DNA of 64,000 nt from the human T2T-CHM13v2.0 reference genome, Homo sapiens. Position numbers and translations under genes: made by a program. Location of the stretch: the NCBI RefSeq assembly GCF_009914755.1, contig NC_060931.1; one strand, written 5' to 3'. This document shows, piece by piece, positions 47,382-63,844 of this stretch (the first letter of the stretch is position 1; each line of letters starts with the position of its first letter). A model generated the notes under the pieces. It was not told the origin of the DNA and did no database searches. It saw only the letters and a program-made list of their open reading frames with translations.

Positions 47382-49867
47382 GGATTGGAACTTTTCTAAT
47401 TCAATAAGTCATATGTTAAAAATGAGCTATATGTCTAACAATGTCCTGCAGGTTGTCTATTTTTATCTAAACCTCCTACTGGTAATCTCCTAAGTGGGAG
47501 TTGCCCTGCCCCATTCCTACTTTTGCCCTGTCCAAACTGGGTGCCCTGCCAGATCTTTGAGGGGGAAACTATTCCAGCTCCCTCATCATACTCAGAAGGG
47601 GCTGTGGCCCCCTCTTTCAAATCTACTTCTTCATAATGTGGGGTGGAAGCAGTTGGCATGGCAGCTAAGAAAGCAGCTGCTGGCCCCATGGGAATGGGCT
47701 GTGTTATGGGTGCAGCTACCACAGCATCCCTGGAAGAAGTCTCTGGGTCTGCCTTGGCCAGGGGGAAGGGTGGCTGCTGGCTGAGCCACAGCTGCCTCAA
47801 TGAGACCTATAGTGGTTGCCAGGTTCAAGGCCTATAAAAGGGCTAAATCTTTCTTGTCCTTTTTTCCTGAGTTTGACTATCTGGGAGTACCTTCTCTGCA
47901 TCTCCCTGCATGGCTAGTATCCTATGGCCCCCTTCCTGTCCTGAGTCCTGATTCTGCAATAGCATAAAAGAGTGGGTGTGGGGTATTTTGTCCCATTTCC
48001 TTACTCTCTGACAAAGGTCCTCTAATTTTATCAAAGTCTAATACTGGGTACTTCCATTCAGGGACCAAAATCTATTATCACCCAGCAGGTACTGAGTCTA
48101 GACAGTATTATTACAGTAATAAATCATCTTTTTTCTAGTCATATGTTAATAACTATATTCCTTCCAATTAGCCAGAATATTCCCTAGGGGAATTTCAGAG
48201 TAAATAGAGACTTTGTTGCCCATCCTAACTCAGTATCTGCACATAGATCACTCAGCTTCACTAAAGCAGTGATGGTGGTCGTCTTTTAATTTCTTGATTT
48301 TATTCCACAAGCTGTCTCCTGCTATCAAGCCTCTAGTAGACAGATGAATTAAACCAATTTAACACAGCCAGTGTACATAAAGCCACACATGAACATTGTC
48401 TTACCATTATCGCCCAAAGTCTATAGTTAATATAGTGTTGGTTTTTTTCAAAAAAAGAACAAAAGAAAGAAGAAAAGAAGAAAGAAGAAAGAGAAAGAAA
48501 AAAGAAAAGAAAGACTCAATTTTAAGTCTTCAACATATAATTTTTAATCTTTATTATTAACTAATATACAACATAGATATGGTTTAAATAAGCAGAAACA
48601 ACTAGTATAACTAAATACTTTTTAAAAACTATTTTCTTCTCTTCAACTGATAACAGCTTTGCTTTTCTCTTCTGGGATTAAACATACTACAAGCTTTTAT
48701 TTGAGTTCAGCCTTGCAGAACACAGACATTACTCTATGGCTGCTTAACAGGAACAGTCATAATGGGCAATTTGCCATTTACAATCTTCCACCTCTGCTCT
48801 TGTATAACTAACTGTTTCTGCTAACCCTTCAGCTTGTCTCTGTCTCTCCATTTCCAAGGTCTTTTACTGGACAAGCAGGGCCCAGGTAAGAATATCCAGG
48901 TAGGGTCCCTGGAGCCAGGAACAAACACCTGGAGGGGATGGAGCTGGCACATGTGGAACTAAGGTGCAAAGTCAGCTTATGGTGTCAGGTCACACACACT
49001 TCCTTAGTATCATTTAGAAAAGGCAGGAACCAGGTGCAAAGGCTCTGGCCAGGGGCAGAAGGCACTAATTGAGAGCAAACAGGCTCAGAAGAGAGATTCA
49101 GAAATGGGAGGCAGCAACTTTCCTTGAGGGGCCAGGACACAGAGCCCAGGGCCCAGCCCAAACTTTTCCCATAAATGCAGCCAGATCAGGGCTTATACAG
49201 GTTCACTTGGTCGGAAGCATTTCCCAGTCCTGGGTGCATATTGCTTCAGCTCTCAGAGATTCCCACTTAATTGACTCCCCACCACCCCATACACACAGCA
49301 ACAGCTTTTGATTTTCTTTTAAACCCAGATGATTTGACTGAGTATCTACGGTTGAAAATCACTACTCTGTTATCATCATGCTGATTCCAAACTGGAAAAC
49401 AGTTTGCCAAAATGTAACTACTGCCCTAAGCTGCTCCTGCTCTGTAGCAGCAGGTCTTGCAGCCAGCTTTGGCATCTTCCTGATTCCAGCTCTTCCTGTA
49501 TACTCTGCTTGGGTTTCCCCATGCTGGTTCACCAAGGCTCAGAGTGGAAGGTCGGGCTCCCATAAGTCGGACAGAGTAAAGTCCTGTGAAAGTCAGAATG
49601 GATTCTCAGAAAGAGATGTGTCTGGAGGGAGAAGTCCTGGACCAATAGACTACTTCACCCTGAAGGTGTCCAGTAGTGTGCCTCCTTGACTGTTCACCCT
49701 GGCCGGAGGACCAGTCTGCAGCCTTCCTGTGGCTGCTTGCTACCCACATGCCCAGAGGACAGTATTCTAAAGCCCTTCCTGGCAACCCATGCTTCATCCT
49801 GCTACTGCCTGGCCATCAGAGAAATTAGAAACCAGAGGGCACCTGAGAGGTGTAAACCAGCGGATAG

Positions 49868-50290
49868 AGTTAGGGTTCTTAGTTGCCAGTCATAGAAATT
49901 GACTCGACCAACTTAAGCAAGAAACAAATATGCATTTAAAGAACACTGGGTGCTCATCGAATGAGTTCAACAACCAGGCACTGGGAAGGATAGAAATGGT
50001 GGCTCCAGAGATCATAGCGGCAGAAATCTGTGGACTTTCTCTTATAGGGTATTACTTTCAGGTGAGATAGCTCCATCCACCCTCTCTTCCTTGTGCCATT
50101 ACTCAACAGTCAAATTCCAAGGAGACAGGATCTGATTGGCCCAGGCTGGTAATGCGCCCACCCATTCAGGCAGCCAATGGGGGTGGAAGTGGGTTCCTAT
50201 GAGTGGCAGCTCTCCAGGAAGCACATAGAAAGAGCAAGGGGCAGTTCTTCCAAAGGAAAGGAAAGAATGGCAGGAGGAAGACGCAAAAAG
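49868..50290. mobile_element. Old MLT1(J/K/L)-type LTR
   Basis: agttagggttcttagttgccagt..cagaaa..gactc..aacttaagcaa; atctgattggcccaggct. Confidence 0.65.
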
Positions 50291-50872
50291 AGGTAGTCAC
50301 TCCCTAGTTACCATGATGGGGATATCCTGGGTTGGAGGAGTCAGCACATTTCCCTTACTGTGCTATCACACAGTATGAACTATGAATGCACATTTTCTGT
50401 GTGGGTATTACCCTCTTTCCTCCCCACCTGTCCTAGAGGACACCACTCCAAGGGAAGCTGGCAGGAATCCTCACTTCAGCAAGTTTTAGAGCAATGAAGA
50501 GTAATTTCTTGCACCCCTGATTTCGCAGACTCAGAGTCCTACCCTTCAGTGTGGAGACTCAATCTGGTTGGCCAAGACCCCTCAGGCAGAGCATGTCTGT
50601 ATCGGGGACTGGTCGCAAACCAAGACAGAGCCATGCCTTCGAGGCAGTGGGGAGCCCAGGCAGAATCGTGTACCTCTAGGTGGCCCGGGTTCAGAGTGCA
50701 CTCCTTAAGCTGCATGGGAGAGGGTCCGACAGACCACTGTAAATGCCTTCAGCAGATTCAGGGCCATCACCAGGATGAAGAATGGGGGTGATGAAGATGA
50801 CTAGAGGCAGTGGACCAGATTAATTCCTGATTCCCAGGAAAATATCTAGAAAGAGAAGGGCATGGAGGATGA

Positions 50873-51166
<294 letters not shown>

Positions 51167-52496
51167 AGAGGATGATTTTTAAGCCCTTTATGACAGACTG
51201 AGAATTTCTAAAAGAACTGACCTTCCTCCTGGAGAGAAAGAATTTTCCCTCCGGGGAAGTTCTGAAGCACCTGTCAGGGTCCGCCCTCTGGGGCAAGAGG
51301 CTTTCTACCAGAGCCAGCAGCCCTGGCTGGCACTTGGCAGGTGTCACCAGCCATCAGGTGGGGGCACCTCTAACTGAGCAGCCAAGACAAAGGGCCCCAG
51401 TACCCAGCAAGAGGTTGGGGGGCCCAGTGCAGAGACTGAGCTAGGGGAGAAACATGAACCCACAGCAAGGCTAGAGGAAGCAAGGGAGAGAATGGGGACA
51501 GGCCTCCAGCCAGGAGGAGGGAGGAGAGAATTCTGCCCAGTGTGCAGGCTCCACAGCTGTCCTGAGAGATCCTGGGAAAGTCTCACCCACAGAGCAGGCA
51601 GTCTGAGTGGAGCAGCCACTGACCAGGGATATTCAATTTGGGCAGAGCCTAGTTCCCCTCTTCTTTGTGGGGACACAGACTTGTTGGGAAGAAAACTGTG
51701 GAAGAACAATGCTTGAAGAATAATAATTTATTTTTTTTTCCTCAAGTATTTTCCTCTTTCATTGCTTCCCTTCATTGTGAGAGGACAGAAAGTAAAATAC
51801 CTGTATATCTGTCACGTGCTTTTTTTTTTTTTTTTTTTTTTTTTGCTTCTTTGCATCCGAAGGTTTTACCCATGCAGGAGTTAATGCTGGATACCTCAGA
51901 GAAAAGAGCACTATTTATAGAGAAAGGCTTTCTCCCTGCAAGTAGTTGGTTGGAGGGTTGGTAGGTGAATCGTGAGACAAGGAACATAAAGACAGCTGGA
52001 TGTTGGTATGTTCCCAAGAGGTAACTGTGCCCCATTCCTAGGTGAGAGTCCAGAGGGGACAGCAAGAACCCAGAGAGGGGACATCTGTGTGATGGGTCCA
52101 GAGAGTCATTGCCACAAACAGCACCCCCACAGGACACAGAAGCAGTCAAATGACTGATTCCTGGGTCCTCAAGCCTGACTCAGAGTTGGTCACGATGGCT
52201 GATGCAGCCTTCTCAGTGGGGACATATGTGAACTGAAGAATGTGGACCACACAGATGATAGACACCTCAGGGACACCTGAGGACTGGGACTCAGGGCCAG
52301 ATGGGACCTTCTTTAACCCCTTGGCACAACAACTGGAGCTCAGCTGCAAACCCCAGAGACAGGGAGGACCCCAAGTGCTGGGATTACAAAGTGCTACCAT
52401 GCCCAGCCAAGAGTTTTAAAAGGGAACTCGCAAAGCCCCAGCAGAATGGAGGTTCACAATAAAAGTTAATGTTTTTCACCTGTGGCCCATCTGCAG

Positions 52497-52563
52497 TTTT
52501 TTTTTTTTTTTTTTTTTTTTTGTTTTTTTGTTTTTTTGTTTTTTTGTTTTTTTTTTTTTTTTT
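52497..52563. repeat. T-rich tract, T(n)/(GTn)
   Basis: ~67 nt of T with sparse G. Confidence 0.95.
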
Positions 52564-52900
52564 GACTCGATGTATACTTGTTATGGGCACCTTAAGGAGA
52601 AAGGAGGGCTGAGCCACCAGATCCCAGAACATTTCTGCAGGCTGTGACTGTGGTCATACAGGCCACAGATGAGACAGAATCAGAGTGTTTGTCCTTTCTG
52701 CATGCCACCTGCATAAAAATGCTCACACTGAGGATCAGCCCTCAAGGAGGAGGCCCAAGGTCATACCCTTCATTGTACCATCCCTGATGCTGTCCTTACA
52801 GTGGTGGTGTGCTGGCACCCAGCTCCATCACTAGACAGAGTTGACTGCAGCTAAGGGATGTGGGAGCCCAGGGCTGAGGAGCACCTGGCTCCTGCATGAC

Positions 52901-53265
52901 TGATATGGTTTGGGTGTGTCCCCACCCAAATCTTATCTTGAATTTTAACTGCCACAATTCTCATCTGTGGTAGGAGGAACCCGTTGGAAGGTGATTGAAT
53001 TATGTGGGTGGGTCTTTCCTGTGCTGTTCTTGTGATAGTGAATGAGTCTCACGAGATCTGATGGTTTTAAAAAGGGGAGTTTCCCTGCACAAGCTCTCTT
53101 CTCTTTGCCTGCTGCCATCCACGTAAGATGTGACTTGCTCCTCCTTGAATTCTGCCATGATTGTGAGGCCTCACCAGCCACATGGAACTGTAAGTCCATT
53201 AAACCTCTTTTTCTTTCCCAGTCTTGGGTTTGTCTTTATTAGCAGCGTGAAAATGAACTAATACA
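52901..53265 (+). mobile_element. THE1 solo LTR
   Basis: tgatatggtttgggtgtgtccccacccaaatc...aactaataca. Confidence 0.92.
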
Positions 53266-54164
53266 ATATCCTTCCACTGTAACGTGCAGCACTGGCTCCT
53301 CTACGTGAATCAACTGCAGCTGGGAGGTGTGGGGCCCAGGGCCAGAGACTTCTAAGATCTGACGTGTGGAATTCCTACAATTGGCTTTATAAGAAGAGAA
53401 TGGTGCTTTTGGCTTCAGGCCTTTTTTTTCCCCCTCAATTCTTCTTGATAGGAGTTTGACCTAAATATATCTTGCTCACAGTTCCATCTTCATCTTCTCT
53501 TTCATCACTTCTAAGGGAACTGAGTAGCACTGGCTTGGGCTATGAATTGAAGAGCAGGCCGCTGCTTCTCCTGGGAAGCACACAAGGTGGTTCTCATAGT
53601 GGTTTCTGCCCCACTCTGACCAAGACCCACCTGTCCTCAGTCCTCTGCTGAAGGCCAGCCTGGCAAGATGTTCAGAGGCTAACAGGTCCTATTGATGTCA
53701 ACATCCCTTCCCACATTTTGCCTCCACCGTCTTGCAGAGAAATTTTCTGAGAAGTAGAAATCTAGACTATGAAAGGAGGAAGGAACTATGGAAGAAAGTA
53801 AAGCCCAGAGAAGGAGGGAAACTACTTGGTCAGTCTCCTTGTCTCAGTTAATCCAACATCCAACAAACCACCCAAGCCACAGCCTGAGCATCAGCCTTGT
53901 AAACTGGTCCACCATATGCAACTGTTCCCAAGTTCCACCAAATTCACTTTGTAGATATTTCTCATGTGTGTTCCATTCTCTCTGATGGTAGCAAATATAT
54001 TAACCTCATCTAAGCCCCTTCATTACTTCTTATTCAATTCTATACTGGCTTCCTTATGTGTCACATCACAGCCTATTTTCTTCCACTAATTGATTTTATG
54101 CACAGAAGTCTGGGTAAACTCTTAAAACATAAATCTGGTCATGTCCTTCCCTTTTAAAACTCTT

Positions 54165-55126
<962 letters not shown>

Positions 55127-55759
55127 ATAATAAATAAATAAAAACAAAGGAAAAATTAAAAACAAAAAAACTCTTCCTGGCTCCCCCATGCCCTGAGGAT
55201 AAAGTAAATCTAATCCTTAGCACATCCTATGATGTCTTTCATGACCTGATTTGGCTCTGCCAAGCCTCACTGCTCACCACTCCCCTCCCACACAGCACCT
55301 CATACACAAGTAGGTACACAGCCAGTAACAACTGGATTGGCTCAGATTATCCAAGTTGACTCAGCATGTATCAGTCACTGAGTAGTGTCTCTGCTCTCTT
55401 GGGCCAGTTCTTTGTCCATAAAGAGGTAGGCCTCAGGGCCCTCCTTCCACTGTCCCAGGCTCTGACTATAAAACAACAGGGGATCTCTGAAAGCACAGGC
55501 TGTGCTCCGGTCCTCTGTGCCTGCGCTCAGGATGGACAATGTGAGGCTGGCCACTCAGTGGGTAGACCCCCAAAGCAGGAGCTGCTGCTCTCATTGCCCC
55601 AGAGGAAGTCACAGGATGGGCTTTTCTTTAAAACTCTAGAAATCTGATTTCCATTTCAGAGGGTGAAACAGTTGCTCAGAAAGGGGCACGGCTTTACCAA
55701 GGCCCTTCTTCATCTCCTTTGCTAATTTTAAAATGTACCTGAGATTTTGTTTTTGTTCG

Positions 55760-56283
55760 GTTATGGTGAGGCTGGCAGATCAGGACATGACAGCCACTGA
55801 AAAGATAGTTTATTACAGTTCGTAAGAGGAGGAGGCACACCATGCCATGCAGAGCCACACAGAGAGGCACCAAAGTCATCAGAAGGCAGAAGGACTGGGG
55901 AGAAAGTGTAGGCAAAAACCTTGATTGTGATTTTCATGGGGAAGTATGGGTGACCCATGCTAAACAGCTGAGCAGGCTTAGGATTGGCTGGTTTGAATAA
56001 TTCTGGCAGGCTCTAAGGTACAGGGCTGTCTCTAGTTGTCTTCCACCTGGCCCTAGGGTGTTTATGGCATGAAGACAGTGGCTCAGCCTGATAAAGGAGG
56101 TGGTTGAGAGTATGGGCTCTGGATTGGTTAGTTTGCAAATGACAGGCAGTCTTGAAGGGAAGTTATTTGCTACCTCTAAAAACACTCTAAGAATTGCTCT
56201 AGAAAGGCAGGCTGTCTCCAGTCAGAGAACCCCAAATCCCAGATCATTAAACATACGAAAAATAAGAAAAGATAGATAATACA
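55760..56283 (-). mobile_element. ERVL-type LTR (MER73/74/76-like)
   Basis: ggcttaggattggctggtttgaataatt..gcaggctc; aaagatagtttatta; ends ...aataca. Confidence 0.6.
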
Positions 56284-56394
56284 ATGCTAGATGGGTAGAC
56301 TTTGGGTTTCTCACCAGTACACTGCTCACCGCAGCAGTCACCCAGTGGCCTTACCTTTGCCACCATCCCCTTTGTTTTTGTTTCTGTTGTTGGG

Positions 56395-56699
56395 TTTTTC
56401 TTTTTTTTTTGTTTTGAGACAGTGTCTCACTCTGTCACCCAGGCTAGAGTGCAGTGGTGCAAACCTGGCTCACTGCAGCCTCAACCTCCTGGGCTCAGGT
56501 GATACTCCTGCATTGGCCTCCTGAGTAGCTGAGACCACAGGTGTGCCACCACCATGCCCAGCTAATTTTTAAATTTTTTTGTTGAGATGAGGCCTCTTTT
56601 TCTTACCCAGGCTGGTCTTGAATGCCTGGGCTCAAGTGATCCTTCCACCTCAGGCTCCCAAAATGCTGGGATTACAGGCATGAGCCACTGCACCTGGCC
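56395..56699 (-). mobile_element. AluJ
   Basis: cactgcagcctcaacctcctgggctcagg. Confidence 0.9.
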
Positions 56700-58244
56700 C
56701 ATCCCCTTTGTAATGGCCTCAACAGTCCCTTTCTCCATAAAATGGTCCGTGGAAAAGGGCAAAGGAAGACTTCTGGGAGAGAGAATGGAGAGCGTTAAAT
56801 AAAACCCTCCCATTCATTCTTCCTGAACAATCTCTGCCACTTGACAGGAAAAATAAACTGACCTTGGAGCTGAGAAGGAAGGGAGAGGGTGCCAAAGATC
56901 TCAGAGGGAAGTAGGTGCAAAGTAGCTTAGCGCTGAGGAAAGCTGCTGCAACTTGAACCACCTGCTTCTTGAGGTTCCTTTGGGGGCCAACAGGCAGCAC
57001 AGCACTGGCCTGTTGCCAGGAGGAGAGTGTTGCTATTCAGAGTCCTGGAGGGTGAGCCCACACCACACCAACACATGGTGAGGTTCTCCCTGGAGGCAGG
57101 AGCCATGACAAAAGCTGCCCCTTCACTTTCTCAATCCGTCTTTGTCCCAGTAACCCCTGAGCCCTCCAAGGATGGCTTCTACAGAGCAGTGAGCACCTCT
57201 CTCTCATCCTCCCAGCTGGCTCCATCTTCTTCTCCCTGTGCTTCCTCCAGGAGCAGGTGCCACGGGGCAGCTTTGCAGCTGCTCGTTCTGTGTACATGCC
57301 CTGGCCTCATGGAAAGCCCCAAGGGCCAGGCACACTGAGCACGCACTGGCCTGTTCTGAGCCTGAGTGGACGGGCCCACAGGGAGGCAGGGGCACCAAGC
57401 CCCCCATACCCCTCCACCTTCTCAGGAGTGCTCATGCCACCGCCCCGCTCAGATGTTTGCAGGAGATGACATGGACATGATAGGAAGTCCTGGCTGCAGC
57501 AAACAGCTGCACGTTGTTCCATCAGAGAGCTTTCCCCAACCCTAATATTACCACTGGGGTCAAATGGGGCCACTGTGTGGTAAGTAGCATGTGAGAACTA
57601 AAACCCATAACTGGGCCCCAAGCCAGCATTCTCTAAGTTGATCCAGGTAATTCCTTCCCCATCCCTTGTTGGAGGAGGGGGAGGGGCGGTCTTTGATTCA
57701 TCACCTTGCAGCTTGCCAGAGCCTCAGGTGACAGAAAACAAGGGCAGCAGTGACACCCAGTGGAGAAACGTACACCAGCTCCCTTCCACCTAGAGACGGG
57801 CACGGGCCTGCCCCCTGCTTCACCAGAATTCCCCACAGACCCCACCTTCCAGGGCTCGGCTTGGGTCTTGTCCATGGTGCTGACATCCTAGGATGGGAGA
57901 AATGGCGAGCCAGACTGGATGTCGATGGCAGGGCCTGACTTTGCACGTCTGCTGTCTCAGGGGCTTTAAGGCCACAGCTCACGCAGCCACCAACCACAGG
58001 TGACATCCCAAGCCTCTAATGGTGTTTCCCTGAGGCAAGCCTCAAGTCCTGGCCTTTATCAAATTGTCGATTTCTCTTCTCTCCTACAAAAAGAAGGCAA
58101 GGAGATAAAAGATAGTATTCCCAACCTACAAAGCCTTTGCAACTAATAACAGAAACCTAACAGAGAATATTAGCTGTGGGGTTTTGTTCGAACATGCCTA
58201 GGAAACGGGCATCCCTTCCTTCACTGCATTCTTTCTTCCTTCCA

Positions 58245-59460
58245 GCCACCCACCCATTCACCACTCAACACATTCTGGAGCACTTACTACCACTTGGTAT
58301 GATTTGAGCATCGTGCTGGGTGATGGGTATATCACAGCAAGCAAAAGCAGACCCACAGGTCTCTGCCTTCATGAAACTAATTGTCTGGTAGAAGAGATAG
58401 GCATTAATCAAATAATACTACAGATCAATCCGTAATTCCAGATGTGATAAGTGCTATGAAGAACAGGCAAATGGTACTGTGAGACTATTATAAGAAGATT
58501 TTTTTACCTAGTCAAGGAAGCCAGAAAGAGCTTCCCTGAGAAAATAATGACTGTGCTTTGGTATAGGTAGATGAGTTGAGAGGGTTTGAGGCAGAGGAAG
58601 CAGCTTGTGCAAAGGCACAAAAACACTCAAGGAACTAAAAGAAGCCTGGAGTGCAGGGAGTGAGGAGGAGTGGGCTGCAAATTGAGGCTGGAGGAGTGGG
58701 CAGGGGCCAGACATGCAAGGCCTTGTTGGCCATGTTAAGAGTTTTGTCTTTTATCTAAAGAGCAATGGAAAGTCATGGATATGCTTTAAATAGGGAGGTG
58801 ACATGAGCAGGTTTATGTTCCAAAAAGATTGCTCTGGCTGCTGTGTAGAGAACAGACTAGAAAGGGGAAGAATGAATGCAGAAAGGCCAGGGAGGAGGCT
58901 AGGGGTCTAGATGATAAAAGGTGGTGGCTCAGACCAAAGTGATGGTGAAGGTGAAGATGGGCAAAACTGAATGGGAAGAAATGTTTAGAAGGTAAAGTCA
59001 ACAGAACTTGGTGATGAATTGGCCATGGGGTGGAATAAGGGAGAAGGAAGTATTAGAGATGGCATGGGGTTTTGGGGCTTTTTGATGTGATGGAAGGTGG
59101 GGATTTGTATTGGGTTAGAGAAAACTGGAAGAGGCCCAGGCTTGGAGTGGATGAACATACATGCAGTTGTTGAGTTCAAGGAGAATTGAGACATCCAAGT
59201 GAGAATGTCAAGGAGGCATATGTACATACAAAGGGTCTCCCAGGAGAGAGATGGAGATGTCAACACTGAGAGTCAACTCTGCATACATGGTCACTGACAT
59301 CATAGGCGTGGATGAGAAGGCCCAGAGAAAGAGGACAGCATGAGGAGTGGACAGGAGGCCACTTGCCTGACAATAACATCTTAAGAATAGCCTCAAGGTA
59401 CCTGCCTCAAGGGCACACAGGTCAGTCCAGGAACAGCAGCTGGAAGAAGGGGAGAACCAC
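58245..59460 (-). mobile_element. L2 (~1.2 kb 3' portion)
   Basis: cattca..caacacattctggagcacttact...agagcaatggaaagtcat...gagacatccaagtgaga. Confidence 0.85.
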
Positions 59461-59777
59461 ATTGTTAGGGTTCCCGGGCTAAGGTTCCAGTCACTGTGGT
59501 CCCACCTGATTCAAGAACTGTTGAGTGAGATCCTTGAGCAGAGAGAGGAAGCCGGGACCAGGCGGAAGGGCACTAAGCAGTGGGAAAGGGGCCCTTGGGG
59601 GCCAGGACCAGCCTTCCTTCCATGCCTCCCTTCGGCAGCACAGCCCCTGGCTGGGCTCCCTCCAGACAGGACCACTGGAACCACATAAGCCAGACCAATG
59701 CATCAAGACTGGCAGGGCCGATATGTGTCATGTTGGGCCTTGATCTGACCCTGGGGGGAATAGACACAGGAAAGGTG

Positions 59778-60693
59778 TGTAAACTAAAAATAAAATCCTA
59801 AGCCCCCCAACTGGCTGAACGGATCCCCTCTTGGCCAAGGGGTGCCCGGAGAATCTTGAAAAACTAAATTCCTGGCTATCATGGAACTGAGATCAGACAC
59901 AACTATTACACCTGCCTCCTTTTTGCAGTTTAGACACAATGACTGAGCAGCATTAATGCTACAACAGAGGTCATAAGCCTGACGGAACAGACTGTTTGTG
60001 GCAATAAGATACCAAATTATCAACAGGACCTAGGACCATGCCAGAGAAGAGTTAAGTCATGCACCCCCCACACTTAAAGAATAAACTATGTCCAACTGCC
60101 ACAAGGGTCTTCCTTTTCTCCAGCCACTAAACAAGCAGTGGCCTCAAGATAAGCAATATTGAAACAATTACAACACTTGCAGCTCACAGGCATGGACTAA
60201 CCTCCTGTTCTACCAGCCATAACCACAGCTTTCATTGGACAAGAGGCTGATTGCAGTAACTCTCCTGAATAAGAAGGCCACTGACCATGGACTGGTTCTG
60301 GCCGGTTTACAGAGGCTGCACACTTGAGTGCCTTTGTGTCTCTGCTCAACTTTTGACGTGTAGGGCCTAACTGTAGTGCATTTAAATGTTAAGTCTCCAC
60401 CCCAAGGTGAACATGGGTCGCATGTTACATGCATGTTTAATCCAGTGCGTCAGGACCACTTTCATGAGTATTCATAGTTCCTTCTGTAACCTGTTGAATA
60501 CATATGTTTAGCCAACCCATTCCGCATAAAGCCCTGCCCCAGCTCCTCCTCCTCCTAAGGGCCTGTCTCTGGCCTTGGCTGGGGGCTACACTTCCCAGCC
60601 TGCGGGATAGGCACTTTGCGGGCTGTAACCCTTTACAAAAAATAAAGTCTCCTTTTCTAAGTGTACAGATCTTGTGATTTTTTTAAGTAAACG
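59778..60693 (+). mobile_element. MER4D/E-type ERV1 solo LTR, TSD ggtg
   Basis: tgtaaactaaaaataaaatcctaagccccccaact...aaataaagtctcc...aagtaaacg; 4-bp flanks identical. Confidence 0.88.
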
Positions 60694-63249
60694 GGTGGGG
60701 GCTGGGCAACCTCTTCATTCCTCTCCCCACATCTGCCAGCTGGTGGTGAAGAAGGGGTCCCTTCACATGCTGAAGTTCACTCTCAGAGGCTCGGGGGCCC
60801 CGAAGCACAGGCTGTGCTGGTGGGAAGCCCACGCAGCCAACGTGGCTCTCAAAGTTTCCCTTCCAGGACCAGGCCTGCCCTCTCTGCCCCCCAGCTACCA
60901 CCCAGGGAGGCAGCCCCAGCCAAGAGGAAGAGCCTGGCACCTAGAGGTACTTAGGACCCATGGAGAAGGATGTGCAGGGGTCCTGGAGCCACCTCTCTGC
61001 CCCCACAGTGCCATTTATTTCTTCACCCTCACTGGCCGATAGCCAGGCTTTCAGCCTGACTCCCAGGGACCCAGAAGCATGAGCAGGTGCGGTGGCAGTA
61101 TGGGTCGTGCAGAAACTGAGCCCCCAGTTTTGAATGGTGGCTTCAGACCAGAAGCGCACTGAACTGAGAGTGCCGGATGTGGCCCAGACACTGGGTTCAG
61201 GACCAGTTTCTTCCAGCCACATTCTTGCCAGCACCCTCCAGGTCTCCATGAAGAGTCTCCCTTCCAGGTGCCAGGGCTCTAATGCACTCCCAGCCTCCCC
61301 TGCAGGGTGGGCTTTGCTCCCTGGAGCATCTCCCTGCCTCCCCACTCAGGCCCTGCCTGGGTTTCCTCAATGGCTCCCCTCTCCAGCCAACCTCATGGTG
61401 CAGGGGGAGGGTGAACACATCTGGGCCTTGAGCACGTGTCACCAGAAGCAGGTACCACCTACCCCTCTCTTCCTCCCATTTTATGCCCAGGAACTGGTTA
61501 CCTGGACTTTGCTTGCCTTGAACACACTAAGACAATGCAGACCTCACTCCAATGGCCGGTCAAGGCCTTCAGTTAGATGGTCAGACAGCTTCCTGTTGAT
61601 GGTGATTGGGAGCAGGAGGAGTGTGGCTGGAAAATGGCTCCGGCAGGGAGCAGGACTCTGCCCTTGTTGGCACTTGTCATCTATACATTGGCGGGAGCAG
61701 GAAGAAAGCAGTGGAGGGGCTTGTCACAAGATAAAGTGCCCATCCCCTCAGCCACAGAACACTAGGAGAAGAGACCCAAGCTCTCCTAGGAGTCAGAAGG
61801 AGCATCCGTGTCCATGTGAGCCAGGACAACCCCATCCAGCCCAGCCACAGCTCTAACCTGTTCACATCCAGGCTCCCTCTCATTTCCTCCCTTATTCTCT
61901 CCTTTTTTGCAGCAGTCTGGGGTAGCCTCCTCACGCCAATGGGCAGGCCAGGGTCACCCCCAAAAGTGCCTGCACCAGGGGCCCTATCAGTAGCTTCGAC
62001 ATGCATCCACCTGCTCCAGAAGCCAAGGATCTGCTTCTGCCGCATTAGCCTCCCCAGACAGCTGCCTGCCACCCACAGAGCTTCCTTGGCACAGCTGGAA
62101 TCCCTGGAGCTGGGGCAAGATGCCCACATGCCTGGGCTCCTGCTATGGGCCTGTGAGTACAGCAGGGGTGACTTAGGGCACACTGCCCTCCGCAGGAGGC
62201 ATCCCCTTCAAATTCTGTGGCAAGAGAGAGAAACTGTCACTCATGGCCATCTGTTCTGTCTTCTCCTTCCCGCAAGGCGCCCAATCCCTGCCTTTTCTTG
62301 TTTGAGCTGGAAAGTACAAGCCACCTGACTGGGATTCTGACCGCAAGCTCAGCCCCTGTAATGGCCTTCACTCCATTGTCAGAAAAGTCTTCCTAAGTCA
62401 CGGTATCTGTTTCCTAATGGAGCTGGACTTAAGAGAACCTCATAAGAAGGCTGAGTTCACTGCAAGGGTTAATGAGGAAATCTTTAGAAAGGGGCCAGGC
62501 TGCCTGCCATGGAACAGGAGCAATCAGGACTCCTCTGAAGACCCCCACCCATGCTGTTTGCAGGCCTGAGGCACAGATCCAAATGAAGGCTTACGTACTA
62601 CACACTGTGTGTCTATGGATTGAAAAGTTACAAGGCCAGCTAACTGTGAAATGAATATGCTCCATCGCCCAACCTTGATGAATATACCTTCAAAACCACC
62701 TGGTAGCTGACTTGCATTTGGAATGCAGACTCCTTGAATTCTGTGCTCAAATGGGGTGGCACAGGGAGAACAGACCTCAGCTTACAGCCCACCCCCTGCT
62801 CCATCCCACACAACAGTCCTTGGGTGTGTGCAAATGGACATCCCTGTCCTAACATCTGAGCTCTTCCATGTTCCCCCTCCCCAGCACCTTCCCTTGGTTA
62901 CTCTTTTGTGAGGCCTAGGAGTGCACACCTGAGAAAGAGGCTTGCACAGGCTCTGCAAGTGGCAGAATCTTAGAATGAGAGTGTGGTCTATACAGAGGGG
63001 TCCAGGTTGGCATGTTCCTTTGGCCCCAGATTCTTTGCCCCATGTAGAGGGCATACCCAGAGGACGGCCAGAGTGGGCCCCTCTAGCAAGGCCTAAGGAT
63101 GATCCTGGTAGGGCAGCACAGCCGCTCACTCTGCTACTAACAGGTGGCCAGCAGGCGGAACTACAAGCCTCGGAAACAGTGCCTCCCAAGTCCCCTCCCA
63201 AGTTGTCCTCTTGCCCCTATTGTGCAACTCTCCGCCACTCAGACTCCCA

Positions 63250-63844
<595 letters not shown>

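Noticed and set aside
61134-62328. Longest ORFs in the window (240, 168 and 170 aa, overlapping)
   Set aside because: No recognisable domain; P/S/L/G-rich composition typical of chance ORFs in GC-richer, CpG-depleted DNA; overlapping on both strands
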